NCBI GenBank assembly: GCA_050259135.1
Contig: JBLNAA010000138.1
Span: 5,318 to 69,317, forward strand
Source: Methylocystaceae bacterium
GTDB lineage: Bacteria; Bacillota; Syntrophomonadia; Syntrophomonadales; JBLNAA01
Length of the DNA: 64,000 bases
Direction of reading: 5' to 3'
In this document: one piece after another, positions 49,795-61,100 of the stretch
Layout: each line of letters starts with the position of its first letter
Numbering within the stretch: position 1 is the first letter of the stretch
Position numbers and translations under genes: made by a program
Notes under the pieces: generated by a model
Database searches by the model: none
What the model was told of the DNA's origin: nothing
What the model saw: the letters and a program-made list of their open reading frames with translations, nothing else

Positions 49795-50541
49795 TTGAGT
49801 AAATCAACAGCCATTGATCAAAACAAGTTACCCCGGCATATTGCCATTATCATGGATGGCAATGGTCGATGGGCGCAAAGACGCTTTCTGCCAAGATTTA
49901 TGGGACACCGTTCCGGAATGGAGGCCCTGCGGAAAATAGTAACTGCCTGCCGGGAAATTGGTATTGAATACCTTACGGTGTACGCCTTTTCCACAGAGAA
50001 TTGGAAACGTCCCGAGAATGAAGTATCCTATCTAATGAATTTACTGGTTGAATATGTAGGCCGTGAATTAGCAGAACTTCATACTCAGGGAGTTAAGATC
50101 TGCACCGCTGGTGATCTCAGGGGGCTGCCCGAGGTATGCCAGCAGGAAATCAAAAACTCCTGTCAGATTACCAGCAATAATGATGAGATGACCTTCACTA
50201 TTGCCATCAATTATGGTTCTCGTAATGAAATACTAAAGGCGGTCAAAAGTATCGCTGTAGAAATAAAAAACGGCAGCTTAACTGATATCAATGATATTGA
50301 TGAAACATTTTTTGCTGATCATCTCTATACCAGGGGAATGCCTGATCCTGATTTAGTGATTCGTACTGCCGGTGAACAGCGAATTTCGAATTTCCTTTTG
50401 TGGCAGATTGCCTATGCCGAGATATATGTTACTGAGGTCTTATGGCCGGATTTTGATCGGGAAGAACTATTGCTCGCGATAGCGGATTATCAAAAGAGAG
50501 TTAGAAAATATGGCGGATTATCTGAGACGGGGGCGGAGTAA
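49795..50541 (+). CDS. uppS: undecaprenyl diphosphate synthase
   Basis: HIAIIMDGNGRWA and RTAGEQRISNFLLWQIAYAE; TTG start. Confidence 0.95.
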   Translation: MSKSTAIDQNKLPRHIAIIMDGNGRWAQRRFLPRFMGHRSGMEALRKIVTACREIGIEYLTVYAFSTENWKRPENEVSYLMNLLVEYVGRELAELHTQGVKICTAGDLRGLPEVCQQEIKNSCQITSNNDEMTFTIAINYGSRNEILKAVKSIAVEIKNGSLTDINDIDETFFADHLYTRGMPDPDLVIRTAGEQRISNFLLWQIAYAEIYVTEVLWPDFDREELLLAIADYQKRVRKYGGLSETGAE

Positions 50542-50543
50542 GG

Positions 50544-51314
50544 ATGTTAGTAACCAGGGTATTAACCGCAGCGATTGGAATACCAATTATATTAGGGCTT
50601 GCTTATGCTGGTGGTTACTGGTGGGATGGGTTCATAGTTGTTTTAGCAGTTATAGGTAATTACGAATTAATGCGAATGGCCGACACAAAATCGGGGTTAA
50701 TTATCTTCTTATCTGGTCTGTGTTGTATAGCCCTGACTTTATCTCCTTTTATCAAAGTACTGGCCTTACCGCACTGGTGGCCGCTGGCAGGGGTAATCAT
50801 CATTATAAGTGTTTTATTGAAAGTAAATTATCGTATTGATGCTATTCAACTGGGATGGGCATGTTTTTCGATTCTATATATAGGCGGACTGTTTAGCTAT
50901 GCGATAAACATTAATCACCAAGCTCAAGATAGTTTCATAGCTTTGGTAACAGTGTTTTTGCTGACCTGGGCCAGTGATACCGGGGCCTTTTTTGTTGGTA
51001 AATTTATGGGCAAACGACATCTAAGCCCAACCTTAAGTCCGAATAAAACATGGGAAGGCTGTATTGGCGGCGTATTAACTACCATGTTAATTGCCTGGGC
51101 ATTACTCTCAGGACAGCTGGGGTGGTATTGGGCCTTAGCCTTTGGTCTGACTGCCAGTATACTAGCGCAGATGGGTGACTTGTTTGAATCTTTATTAAAA
51201 AGATACTTTGGAATTAAGGATTCGGGAAAACTTTTACCCGGGCACGGAGGGGTTCTTGACCGTTTTGATAGTTTCTTATTGGTAGCTCCATTGGTGTTCT
51301 ATTTCTTGGTCTAA
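50544..51314 (+). CDS. cdsA: phosphatidate cytidylyltransferase
   Basis: SDTGAFFVGKFMGK and GHGGVLDRFDS. Confidence 0.95.
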   Translation: MLVTRVLTAAIGIPIILGLAYAGGYWWDGFIVVLAVIGNYELMRMADTKSGLIIFLSGLCCIALTLSPFIKVLALPHWWPLAGVIIIISVLLKVNYRIDAIQLGWACFSILYIGGLFSYAININHQAQDSFIALVTVFLLTWASDTGAFFVGKFMGKRHLSPTLSPNKTWEGCIGGVLTTMLIAWALLSGQLGWYWALAFGLTASILAQMGDLFESLLKRYFGIKDSGKLLPGHGGVLDRFDSFLLVAPLVFYFLV

Positions 51315-51327
51315 AGGGGGAGTTATA

Positions 51328-52452
51328 GTGGAGCCCGACCTGAAAAAACCACTTAATATTCTAATTAAATTATCCATTGTTCTCCTTTCGCTGTTTATTT
51401 TCTTTGCATTGGTGAAATGGATTTTCCCGATATTGGGCAAAATTGCCATTACCCTACCCCTGGTATTGGCCCCTTTTATCGTGGCCTTTTTGTTATCATT
51501 GATCATTGACCCTCTGGTAACCTGGCTGCAGCAGCATGGACGGATGAATCGTTCCTGGTCTGTCCTGGTGGCTTTGCTGATAGTTATTGGTGGAATTGGC
51601 GGAATTTTAATTGCCGTTATTACCAGAGTAGCCAGAGAGCTGGCCGGATTATATGAACTGGTTAATGCTAATTCAGCTGACATAGTTTTTAGCATAACTA
51701 AGCTATTAAATGATTTGCAGTTGGCTTATTTGCGGCTGAATCTGCCGGAGAATCTGCAAAAATCGCTCATCGACAGTCTGGGAGTCGTGGCTGCCAAAAT
51801 AGAACACCTACTCAGTGGAGCTGCCAGCGGATTAGTGAGCATCCTGTTAAACCTGCCGCAGATGTTTATATTTATACTGATAATTGCCATAGCAACCTTC
51901 TTTATTGCCAGGGACTGGCCCACTATGCGCTATAAAGTCCTGGCTATTATCCCTAGAAACCAAAAGGCCAAGGCGAGCTTTTTATTTAATGATCTTATTC
52001 ATACCTTTGTTGGTTTTCTAAAAGCTGAAACCACTTTGGTATCAATCACGGCCCTCTGGTTTATAGTTGGATTAAAAGTATTGGGTGTTGACTATGCCTT
52101 AACAATTGGTATTCTGGCCGGGCTATTTGATATTCTGCCGGTACTGGGTCCGGGGACTTTGATGGTACCTTGGATTATATGGAGTTTTATAGTTGGTAAT
52201 ATCAAACTGGGGATTGGCGTTCTGGTTATCTATATTCTGGCTTCCGTAGTACGTCAGATATTGGAACCACGTATCCTGGGTAATAATATTGGGCTGCATC
52301 CTCTGGTTACATTGCTTTCTCTCTATGTTGGCTTGCAGTTGGGCGGAGTAGCGGGCATGATATTAGCACCGGTATTGGTTGTATTTATAATGTCATTAAT
52401 AAAAGCAGGAGTATTCGATGATATCAAATGGTTTAGAAAACATTCATCCTAA
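51328..52452 (+). CDS. AI-2E/PerM-family integral membrane protein, YtvI-like (sporulation integral membrane protein family)
   Basis: Polytopic membrane protein containing a GLFDILPVLGPG motif; GTG start. Confidence 0.7.
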   Translation: MEPDLKKPLNILIKLSIVLLSLFIFFALVKWIFPILGKIAITLPLVLAPFIVAFLLSLIIDPLVTWLQQHGRMNRSWSVLVALLIVIGGIGGILIAVITRVARELAGLYELVNANSADIVFSITKLLNDLQLAYLRLNLPENLQKSLIDSLGVVAAKIEHLLSGAASGLVSILLNLPQMFIFILIIAIATFFIARDWPTMRYKVLAIIPRNQKAKASFLFNDLIHTFVGFLKAETTLVSITALWFIVGLKVLGVDYALTIGILAGLFDILPVLGPGTLMVPWIIWSFIVGNIKLGIGVLVIYILASVVRQILEPRILGNNIGLHPLVTLLSLYVGLQLGGVAGMILAPVLVVFIMSLIKAGVFDDIKWFRKHSS

Positions 52453-53596
52453 AAAAGTAGTTATTCTGGGGTCAACTGGTTCCATAGGACGGCAAACCCT
52501 GGATGTAATTGCTGCTTACCCTGATCGTTTTTCAGTTATTGGCCTGGCTGCCCACCACAATACCAAAGAACTTATTGAACAAGCCAGAAGATTTAATTGT
52601 GCGCATCTGGCCCTGGCTAATGAGAATCAGTACGCAGAATTAAAAACCGAATTATTGCCGGGAATGAATGCCGCCGTAGGCCGCGAAGGAATATGTGAAT
52701 TGGCAGCTTTACCGGATGCAGATCTGGTGGTATCAGCCATCAGCGGAGCGGCAGGGATACTGCCGACGATAGCTGCCTTGCAGAGCGGCCATCCGATAGC
52801 ACTGGCTAATAAAGAAGCCTTAGTCGCCGCCGGAGACCTGGTTATGAAATTGGCATTAGATAAACAGTTGTCAGTGTTTCCGGTAGACAGCGAACATAGT
52901 GCAGTTTTTCAATGTCTGAAAGGTGAAGAACACCAGATAAAGAAAATCTGGCTCACTGCTTCCGGGGGTCCATTTCTGGGTTATACCCGGGCTGAACTGG
53001 AACGGGTTACCCCACAAATGGCATTGAAACATCCAAGTTGGGAAATGGGTGCCAAAATATCCGTTGATTCGGCTACTCTTATCAATAAGGGATTGGAAGT
53101 AATTGAAGCCCATCATTTATTTAATCTGGGGTATGATTATATTGATGCAATAATTAGCCCTGGCAGCCTGGTTCATGCATTGGTTGAAATGAAAGATGGT
53201 GCTTTTCTGGCTCATCTGGGCAGGCCGGACATGAGAATTCCTATTCAGTATGCCCTGACCTATCCAGAGCGCTGGCCCAGTCCGGTTCAGCCTTTATCCC
53301 TGGCCGAGGCGGGGACGATTAGTTTTAAAAAGCCTGATATCGATGCTTTTCCCGGCTTTTCCATAGCCATTTCAGCTGGACTCGTGGGAGGTACTATGCC
53401 GGCTGTTATGAATGCGGCTAACGAAGTTGCGGTAGCTCATTTCTTAAACGGGAAGATCAGCTTCAACTATATACCCGAAATAATCACTCGGGTTATGGAC
53501 CGGCACCAATCGCAGAATGATCCGAACCTTGATACAATTCTGCAGGCTGATGCCTGGGCGAGGGAAGTCTGCTGCAGCCTGATTGAAGGGAAGTAA
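52418..53596 (+). CDS. dxr: 1-deoxy-D-xylulose-5-phosphate reductoisomerase
   Basis: ILGSTGSIGRQTL, LANKEAL and DSEHSAVFQCL. ATG 52418 overlaps the previous gene by 35 nt, so the start is uncertain. Confidence 0.93.
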   Translation: MISNGLENIHPKKVVILGSTGSIGRQTLDVIAAYPDRFSVIGLAAHHNTKELIEQARRFNCAHLALANENQYAELKTELLPGMNAAVGREGICELAALPDADLVVSAISGAAGILPTIAALQSGHPIALANKEALVAAGDLVMKLALDKQLSVFPVDSEHSAVFQCLKGEEHQIKKIWLTASGGPFLGYTRAELERVTPQMALKHPSWEMGAKISVDSATLINKGLEVIEAHHLFNLGYDYIDAIISPGSLVHALVEMKDGAFLAHLGRPDMRIPIQYALTYPERWPSPVQPLSLAEAGTISFKKPDIDAFPGFSIAISAGLVGGTMPAVMNAANEVAVAHFLNGKISFNYIPEIITRVMDRHQSQNDPNLDTILQADAWAREVCCSLIEGK

Positions 53597-53600
53597 TGTA

Positions 53601-54638
53601 ATGGGTACTATTATTAATATCATACTGGCGATTCTGGTGTTGGCTTTGCTGATACTGGTTCATGAGTGGGGACATTTCCTCGCAGCTCGGCGGGCGGGGA
53701 TAAAAATTCTGGAATTTAGTATTGGGTTTGGCCCTCTGCTGTGGAAACTGCAAAGGGATACTCAATACTCTATCCGCGCGATACCACTTGGCGGCTATGT
53801 CAGTATGCTGGGTGAAAATTTGGGTGATGAAAACCAAGAACCAGATTCCTATATGGCCAAAAGCCCGGCTCAGCGCTCCGGGGTAGCATTTGCCGGCCCG
53901 TTTGCTAATTTCCTGTTGGCAGTTGTGTTATTTATCTATTTGTTTACTTTCATAGGTACGCCAATTCTAGTTAATAAACCAATTATCGGTGAGGTTATTA
54001 GTGATAAGCCGGCCGCCGCAGCTGGCCTTAAGGTTGGCGATTATATAAAAACCGTCAACGGTGAAACAGTTACCACCTGGCAGCAAATGGTTAACCTAAT
54101 AAAATCTACACCTGAGGGGCAGAAAGTATCGCTGCAGGTTATGCGGAATAACCAACTGGTTAATCTAGATATCCGGCCGATAATGGTCGAAGGAAGGCCG
54201 GTTATCGGTATACAGAGCAAAGTGGAATTTAAAAAACTGACTCTGTTTCAGGGGATTAAAGAGGGATTTCGCCAGACCTTTAGTACTACTGGCATGCTGT
54301 TAAAAGGCCTGGGAATGATGGTTACCGGTCAGGTTAAAAGTACTGATATTGCAGGACCAATCGGTATTACCAAGATGATAGGTGATGCCGCGGCCGGAGG
54401 ATGGGTTTATTTAGTTAATTTTACGGCGATGCTCAGCATAAACCTGGGTCTGCTTAATCTGCTTCCCATACCAGCGCTTGATGGAAGCAAAATCATCTTT
54501 GCCGGAATCGAAGCCGTTCGGGGTCGCCCCATTGAACCAGAAAGAGAAAACATGATTCACCTGATCGGATTCTTTTTCTTAATTGGTCTTATGATCCTGG
54601 TGACTTTCAATGATATCGTTCGGTTAATCAGCGGTTGA
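53601..54638 (+). CDS. rseP: site-2 zinc metalloprotease RseP/RasP
   Basis: HEWGHFLAA (HExxH), a PDZ segment and NLLPIPALDG. ATG at 53601. Confidence 0.93.
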   Translation: MGTIINIILAILVLALLILVHEWGHFLAARRAGIKILEFSIGFGPLLWKLQRDTQYSIRAIPLGGYVSMLGENLGDENQEPDSYMAKSPAQRSGVAFAGPFANFLLAVVLFIYLFTFIGTPILVNKPIIGEVISDKPAAAAGLKVGDYIKTVNGETVTTWQQMVNLIKSTPEGQKVSLQVMRNNQLVNLDIRPIMVEGRPVIGIQSKVEFKKLTLFQGIKEGFRQTFSTTGMLLKGLGMMVTGQVKSTDIAGPIGITKMIGDAAAGGWVYLVNFTAMLSINLGLLNLLPIPALDGSKIIFAGIEAVRGRPIEPERENMIHLIGFFFLIGLMILVTFNDIVRLISG

Positions 54639-54643
54639 TAACC

Positions 54644-55738
54644 ATGAAAAGAATTTCGTCAGTAATAAAACTGGGTCAATTAAATATCGGTGGCGGGAAT
54701 CCGGTTTATGTTCAGAGTATGACTAATACTGATACTCGGGATATTCCAAATACCGTGAGACAGATTAACCATCTGGCTGAAAATGGCTGCGAAATTATTA
54801 GAGTTGCGGTACCTGATGAGGAAGCTGCTCTAGCGATAAAATTGATTAAAAATCAAATCACCATACCCCTGGTAGCTGATATCCATTTTAATCATCGGCT
54901 GGCACTGCTCAGTTTACAAAGCGGATGTGATGGATTACGGCTGAATCCCGGCAATATTGGCAGTGCCCCCAAAGTACGTGAGGTAGTGGCAGCTGCCCGT
55001 GATTTAGGGGTACCCATTCGTATTGGCGTCAATTCCGGATCAGTTTCCCGGGAACTATTAACCAAGTATGGCGGACCAACACCAGAGGCTATGGTTGAGA
55101 GTGCCCTAGAACATATTGCCATTTTGGAGAAAATTCATTTCGGGCAAATAAAAATATCGTTAAAATCATCATCGGTGATATCCACTATTGCAGCTTACAA
55201 TTTGATTGCCGAAAAGGTTTCCTATCCCCTTCATCTCGGAGTTACAGAAGCCGGAACCATTAAACCTGGATTGATAAAATCGGCATTGGGTATCGGCCAT
55301 CTGCTTCTGCAGGGGATAGGTGACACCATTCGAGTGTCACTTACTGCCAATCCGGTAGAAGAAGTAAAAGCGGCCTGGCAGATGTTAAGTGCCTGTGAAT
55401 TACGCCGCCGGGGAGTGGAAATAATATCCTGCCCGACCTGCGGAAGAACCGAAATAAATCTGATTGCATTGGCTCAAGAGGCTGAAAATAGATTAAGTCA
55501 TTTAAAAACCCCATTGAAAGTTGCTATTATGGGATGTGTAGTCAATGGGCCGGGTGAGGCCCGGGAAGCAGATGTAGGAGTGGCAGGCGGACGAGGGGTA
55601 GGTATATTGTTCCGCCATGGTGAGGTCGTACGTAAGGTCAACGAGAACGAGCTTCTTGACGAACTGGTTAAAGAAGCGGAGGCGTTGGATGCCGAAATTA
55701 TTCATAACACTGGAGGTCCCCAATATGCTGGTAAGTGA
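54644..55738 (+). CDS. ispG: 4-hydroxy-3-methylbut-2-en-1-yl diphosphate synthase
   Basis: SCPTCGRT and GCVVNGPGEA Fe-S ligand motifs. ATG at 54644. Confidence 0.93.
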   Translation: MKRISSVIKLGQLNIGGGNPVYVQSMTNTDTRDIPNTVRQINHLAENGCEIIRVAVPDEEAALAIKLIKNQITIPLVADIHFNHRLALLSLQSGCDGLRLNPGNIGSAPKVREVVAAARDLGVPIRIGVNSGSVSRELLTKYGGPTPEAMVESALEHIAILEKIHFGQIKISLKSSSVISTIAAYNLIAEKVSYPLHLGVTEAGTIKPGLIKSALGIGHLLLQGIGDTIRVSLTANPVEEVKAAWQMLSACELRRRGVEIISCPTCGRTEINLIALAQEAENRLSHLKTPLKVAIMGCVVNGPGEAREADVGVAGGRGVGILFRHGEVVRKVNENELLDELVKEAEALDAEIIHNTGGPQYAGK

Positions 55739-57425
55739 AATGTTGATACCAACTTTAAGAGAAGATCCGGCCGAAGCTGAGCTGATAAGCCACCGTTTAT
55801 TATTAAGAGCTGGATTTATTCGCAAGACTACCGCCGGAGTATATACATATTTACCCCTGGCCAGCCGAGTTTTGAGAAAGATTGAACAGATTGTCCGTGA
55901 GGAAATGGATAATGCCGGCGGACAGGAGGTTTTAATGCCGATAATCCAACCTCGTGAATTATGGGATGATTCAGGACGGTGGGCAGTTTACGGTGATGAG
56001 ATGTTTCGCTTAAAAGATCGTCATGAACGTGAATTTTGCCTGGGACCAACCCATGAAGAAGTGGTTACTGATCTGGTCAAACGTGATGCTCATTCTTATC
56101 GGGATTTCCCTTTAATGCTTTACCAGATCCAAAATAAATACCGGGATGAGATCAGACCGAGGTTTGGGCTGATGCGGGGCCGTGAGTTTATTATGAAAGA
56201 CCTATATTCGTTTGATATTAACCAGGAAGGCCTGGATAGGTCTTATCAGAAAATGTATAAGGCTTATCAAAAGATATTTGAACGTATGGGTCTGGCTTAC
56301 CGGGTAGTTGAAGCAGACAGCGGCGCAATTGGCGGCAATGCCTCCCATGAGTTCATTGTTTTAGCCAGCAACGGTGAATCCGTGATTGTCTACTGTGATG
56401 AGTGCCAATATGCAGCCAATGTAGAAAAGGCAGAGGCCGTCCCCCAACCGGTATCTTCTGGTGCCAAATCAGGCAATCTCGAAAAGTTTCCCACCCCGGG
56501 TCTGAAAACTATCGACGATTTGGTGCAGGCCACGGGTGAACCAGCTAGTCAATTAGTAAAAACTTTAATTTATGTGGCTGATGGTAAACCGGTAGCAGTA
56601 TTGATTCGCGGTGACCGGGAACTTAATGAGATAAAACTTAAAAACCTCCTGCAGGCCAATGAACTGGATATGGCTGATGAAGAAAGAGTAAGGCAGACAG
56701 TTGGTGCCGGCTTTGGTTCGCTGGGACCGGTTAACCTGCCGTATCCAATTTATGCCGATTTGGAGATCCGGTCGCTGTCCAGTTTCAGTTGCGGTGCTAA
56801 TGAAGATGGCTATCACTACCGACAGGTTCAGCCGGATCGTGATTTTAAAGTCGAAGCTTATCATGACCTGCGCAATGCTATCGCGGGAGATTACTGTCCT
56901 CATTGTCATAATGCCAGTCTGCTCGAAACCAGAGGCATTGAGGTCGGGCATATATTTAAATTGGGTACCAAGTATTCAGAAAAACTTGGTGCCACCTATC
57001 TGGCCGAAAATGGGCAACAGTATCCAGTAATTATGGGATGTTACGGTATCGGTGTATCGCGTACCATGGCAGCTGCTATTGAGCAGTGTTATGATGAAGA
57101 TGGTATAATTTGGCCGGTAGCGATCGCTCCTTATCAGGTAGTCATTATTCCCGTTAACAGTAAAGATCAGGGACAAAAGGATACCGCATTACAGCTGTAC
57201 CAGGAACTCAGGCAGCAGGGATTTGAAGTAGTTCTGGATGATCGTGATGAACGTGCCGGAGTCAAATTCAAAGATGCTGACCTGGTAGGCTATCCGGTTA
57301 GAATTACCGTAGGTAAAGCTCTTAAGGACGGGGAAGTAGAGATTAAGGTTCGTTGGGAAAGTGAAAATAATCGAGTTGCGGTAAATGAGGCGGTTGCTAG
57401 GGTTAATCATTTGATCAGAGAATAA
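55725..57425 (+). CDS. proS: prolyl-tRNA synthetase (bacterial type with editing insertion)
   Basis: Class II motifs (FRLKDRHEREFCLGPTHEE, RPRFGLMRGREFIMKDLYSF, GCYGIGVSR). ATG 55725 follows GGAGG and overlaps the ispG stop by 14 nt; the track start at 55617 lies inside ispG. Confidence 0.95.
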   Translation: MLVSEMLIPTLREDPAEAELISHRLLLRAGFIRKTTAGVYTYLPLASRVLRKIEQIVREEMDNAGGQEVLMPIIQPRELWDDSGRWAVYGDEMFRLKDRHEREFCLGPTHEEVVTDLVKRDAHSYRDFPLMLYQIQNKYRDEIRPRFGLMRGREFIMKDLYSFDINQEGLDRSYQKMYKAYQKIFERMGLAYRVVEADSGAIGGNASHEFIVLASNGESVIVYCDECQYAANVEKAEAVPQPVSSGAKSGNLEKFPTPGLKTIDDLVQATGEPASQLVKTLIYVADGKPVAVLIRGDRELNEIKLKNLLQANELDMADEERVRQTVGAGFGSLGPVNLPYPIYADLEIRSLSSFSCGANEDGYHYRQVQPDRDFKVEAYHDLRNAIAGDYCPHCHNASLLETRGIEVGHIFKLGTKYSEKLGATYLAENGQQYPVIMGCYGIGVSRTMAAAIEQCYDEDGIIWPVAIAPYQVVIIPVNSKDQGQKDTALQLYQELRQQGFEVVLDDRDERAGVKFKDADLVGYPVRITVGKALKDGEVEIKVRWESENNRVAVNEAVARVNHLIRE

Positions 57426-57452
57426 AAATTGGGTCACGTTGGGGGGATATCG

Positions 57453-58118
57453 ATGAGCATAGCCGAAATCATACTGAGGCTAGCGCTGGCCTGTTTGCTA
57501 GGGGCACTTATCGGGTTGGAACGTGAAAGCCTGAATCGACCTGCAGGATTACGCACTTATACTCTGGTATGCGTCGGCTCAGCTCTGGCAATGATTGTAT
57601 CTTTGGACATGTACTATCAGTACCACAATACTGTCAATGCTGATCCCGGGCGTATTGCGGCGCAGGTAGTAAGCGGCATCGGCTTTTTGGGGGCTGGTAC
57701 CATCATGCGGGAAGGCGCTACGGTCAGAGGGCTGACCACTGCCGCTGGCCTCTGGGTGGTTGCCTGTGTAGGACTGGCAGCCGGGGCAGGACTGTATCTG
57801 CCGGCAATTATTACTACCGCCCTGGTACTTTTTGTTCTGATCTATTTTTTCCGGTTTGAACAGCGGATCACCGGAATGAGAGAATATAAAGCCTTTATCA
57901 TGACTATCGATGACCGGCCTGGGCAAATTGGACGGATTGGATCAGTACTGGGTGATCTGGGGGTATCAATTAAAAACATTAACCTTCACCATCTGGATGA
58001 TGATGATGGATTGGAAGTTGAGGTCATGCTTTATCTACCTACCCACATTCATCCCAGTGATGTAATTGACCACTTGTCTAATATCGCCGGAATGCGCAGT
58101 GTCGATCGCTTGAATTAG
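57453..58118 (+). CDS. MgtC/SapB-family membrane protein with ACT-like C-terminal domain
   Basis: GALIGLERESLNRPAGLRTYTLV is the MgtC signature. C-terminal FIMTIDDRPGQIGRIGSVLGDLGVSI is ACT-like. ATG 57453 follows GGGGGG. Confidence 0.8.
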   Translation: MSIAEIILRLALACLLGALIGLERESLNRPAGLRTYTLVCVGSALAMIVSLDMYYQYHNTVNADPGRIAAQVVSGIGFLGAGTIMREGATVRGLTTAAGLWVVACVGLAAGAGLYLPAIITTALVLFVLIYFFRFEQRITGMREYKAFIMTIDDRPGQIGRIGSVLGDLGVSIKNINLHHLDDDDGLEVEVMLYLPTHIHPSDVIDHLSNIAGMRSVDRLN

Positions 58119-58120
58119 TT

Positions 58121-61100
58121 TTGGGGAGTGTACCAGTGGGTAGCTTTTATAACTGGGTTACCAACGAATTGCATATAAACCTTAACTCTTCCTGGTTAGA
58201 CTGCGAAGTAGTTGATGTTGATATTTATCGTGAAAGCCAGCGTCTGCAAATTACGCTGGCGCTTCCTTGTGCCGTAAACAATGCTGAACTTGAACACCTG
58301 GAAAGCTTGATTGCTGCCAAAGTCCGGGTAAATAAAGTGGGTATCAAACCAAAGTGGCTATTGCCTGATGAAACCTTGAATTCATTGATAAAAGAGCAGG
58401 AGGCAGAACTGCGTCATGTAATACTTAACGAAGACCTTTTTAACACCGAATTAGTCACCTGGGATATCGACGAGGGAAAGATTAATTTGGTGGCTGCCGA
58501 CCTGAAAGTCTGGGAGAGTTTGTTGGAAAATGAAGTATGCTCAAGGCTGGCAGAATGGATAAATGATCAGTATCGGGTAAATGTCCTGGTTAAGACCACC
58601 TGCGGCCAAAGGGTTAACAACGGGTGTCAGCCCCAGGAAGAACAGATGGTAAAACTCAAGGCGGCCACTTTTATCGAAGGCCGTGAAAAAAAGAATGTTA
58701 CCCGCAAATCGGCTGGAAAGAATGAAAAAGCTCCGCCATTCATTGATAATCTTCATGATTTAGATGAAGGTATGGGCCGGGTTACGATAAATGGTCAGGT
58801 GTTTGCCGTCGACACCAAAACCTTAAAAGGCAATCGAAATCTGGTCATTTACTCGATTACCGATTATACTGATTCCCTCCTGGTTAAACACTTTCTCTCA
58901 GATAATCAAGAAACCGTTAATGCGGTTGGTGAATGGATACAAATTGCCGGACATCTCCAGTATGATAATTTTGAACATGAGATGGTGATGATTGCTGACC
59001 ATATCAGGTTGATCGAGCCGCGGCAGCGGGAGGATAATGCACCAGAAAAAAGGGTTGAATTACACGCTCATACGGTTATGAGCGCCCTTGACGGTATGGT
59101 ACCAGTAGCAGAGCTGGTTAAAACCGCTGCCCGCTGGGGACATCAAGCGATTGCGATTACCGATCATGGGGTGGTACAGGCCTTCCCTGAGGCCTACCAG
59201 GTGGGGGAAAAAGCCGGAATAAAGGTCATTATGGGTATGGAGGGTTATCTAGTTGATAAAGATATCCAGTCCAGAGCTTATCATATAATTCTGTTAGCCA
59301 GGAATTATGTCGGACTGCGTAATCTTTACCAACTGGTTTCCTGTTCTTATTTGGACAATTTTTATCGGACTCCCAGACTGAAACGGCAGGACATTATTGA
59401 TCATCGGGAGGGCCTGATTATAGGTACTGCTTGTGAGGCAGGGGAATTATTTCAGGCTCTGCTGCAGGGTGATGATAACAGTCAGCTGGAACAGATAGCT
59501 GCCTTTTATGATTACATCGAAATCCAACCGCTGGGTAACAATGCCTTCATGTTGCGGGAAAACGTTGTGGACACGGAGGAAGAATTAATCAGAATCAATC
59601 GGCAGCTGGCTGATCTGGGAAATCGTTTGAACTTACCGGTAGTAGCTACCGGAGATGTTCACTTTCTTGAGCCTGGTGACGAGGTTTTCAGACGGATTCT
59701 GCAAGCGGGTAAAGGGATGGATGATGCTGAATTCCAGGCTCCATTATATCTTCATACTACGGAAGAGATGCTGAATGAGTTTAAGTATCTGGGCGAAGAG
59801 GAAGCAAGAAGGGTGGTTATTACCAATCCTCAGGCGATCGCCGATCAGATTGAAACGATAAAACCGGTTCCCGATGAATTGTATACCCCGACTATTGATG
59901 GCGCCGATGAAGTAATCACCAGCTTATCCCGGGAAAAAGCCGTGCAATTATATGGACAGCCGCTGCACCCGCTGGTAACTGCACGTTTGGATAAAGAATT
60001 AACCTCCATTGTCGGCCACGGCTTCAGCAACCTGTATTATATTGCCTACCGATTAGTCAAAAAATCCAACGAGGATGGGTATCTGGTAGGATCCAGGGGT
60101 TCGGTCGGTTCATCATTTGTCGCCTATCTGACTGGAATAACCGAGGTAAACCCGTTGCCTCCGCATTATGTCTGCCCGGTCTGCCAGCACAGTGAGTTTA
60201 TCACCGATGGGTCAATTGGCTGCGGGGCTGACCTGGAACCAGCTTTCTGTTCGGAGTGCGGCCATGAATATCGGCGTGATGGTTTCGATATTCCCTTTGA
60301 AACATTTTTAGGTTTTGACGGTGATAAGGTACCGGATATTGACCTCAACTTTTCCGGGGATTATCAGGCCAACGCTCATCAATTTGTTGAGGAGCTGTTT
60401 GGGCACGACAAGGTTTTTCGAGCCGGAACTATTTCCACGGTAGCAGAAAAAACCGCTTATGGATTTGTTAAGAAGTACATGGAAGCCAAGTCGATCAAAT
60501 ATCGAACCCCGGAAATCGAACGATTGGTCAAGGGGATTACCGGAGTGAAACGAACTACCGGACAGCATCCCGGCGGTCTGATGATTGTACCCCGGGAAAA
60601 AGATGTTCACGAATTTACCCCGCTGCAGCATCCGGCTGATGATCCGAAATCCGGGGTAACAACTACCCATTTTGACTATCATTCGATTTCGGAGCGGTTA
60701 GTTAAGGTTGATATCCTGGGCCATGATGATCCTACCATGATTAGAACCTTGAATGATCTGACCAAATTTGACGCCAGATTAGTTCCCATGGACGAACCAA
60801 AAGTAATGAGTTTGTTTTCAAGTACTGAAGCCCTGGGGGTTACCCCCCAGCAGATCAGATCTGAAGTCGGAACTTACGGAGTTCCCGAATTTGGCACCCG
60901 TTTTGTCAGGCAGATGCTGGAGGCAACCAGGCCCTGCACTTTTGCCGAACTAATTCGCATCAGCGGATTGTCACATGGCACCGATGTTTGGCTGAACAAT
61001 GCACAAACCTTGATTGCAGAACAAACGGCCACCTTAAATGAGGTAATTGCCACCCGTGATGATATAATGACCTATCTGCTCCGCAATCAGGTTCCTGCTA

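Noticed and set aside
51276-51695. 139-aa minus-strand ORF
   Set aside because: Antisense to the cdsA end and the ytvI-like gene. No supporting features.
55617-55724. N-terminal extension of proS in the ORF track, or a T-box leader for proS
   Set aside because: This stretch lies inside the ispG coding region. The ProS homology starts at MLVSEMLIPTLRE (ATG 55725, after GGAGG). With a 14-nt gene overlap there is no room for a T-box.
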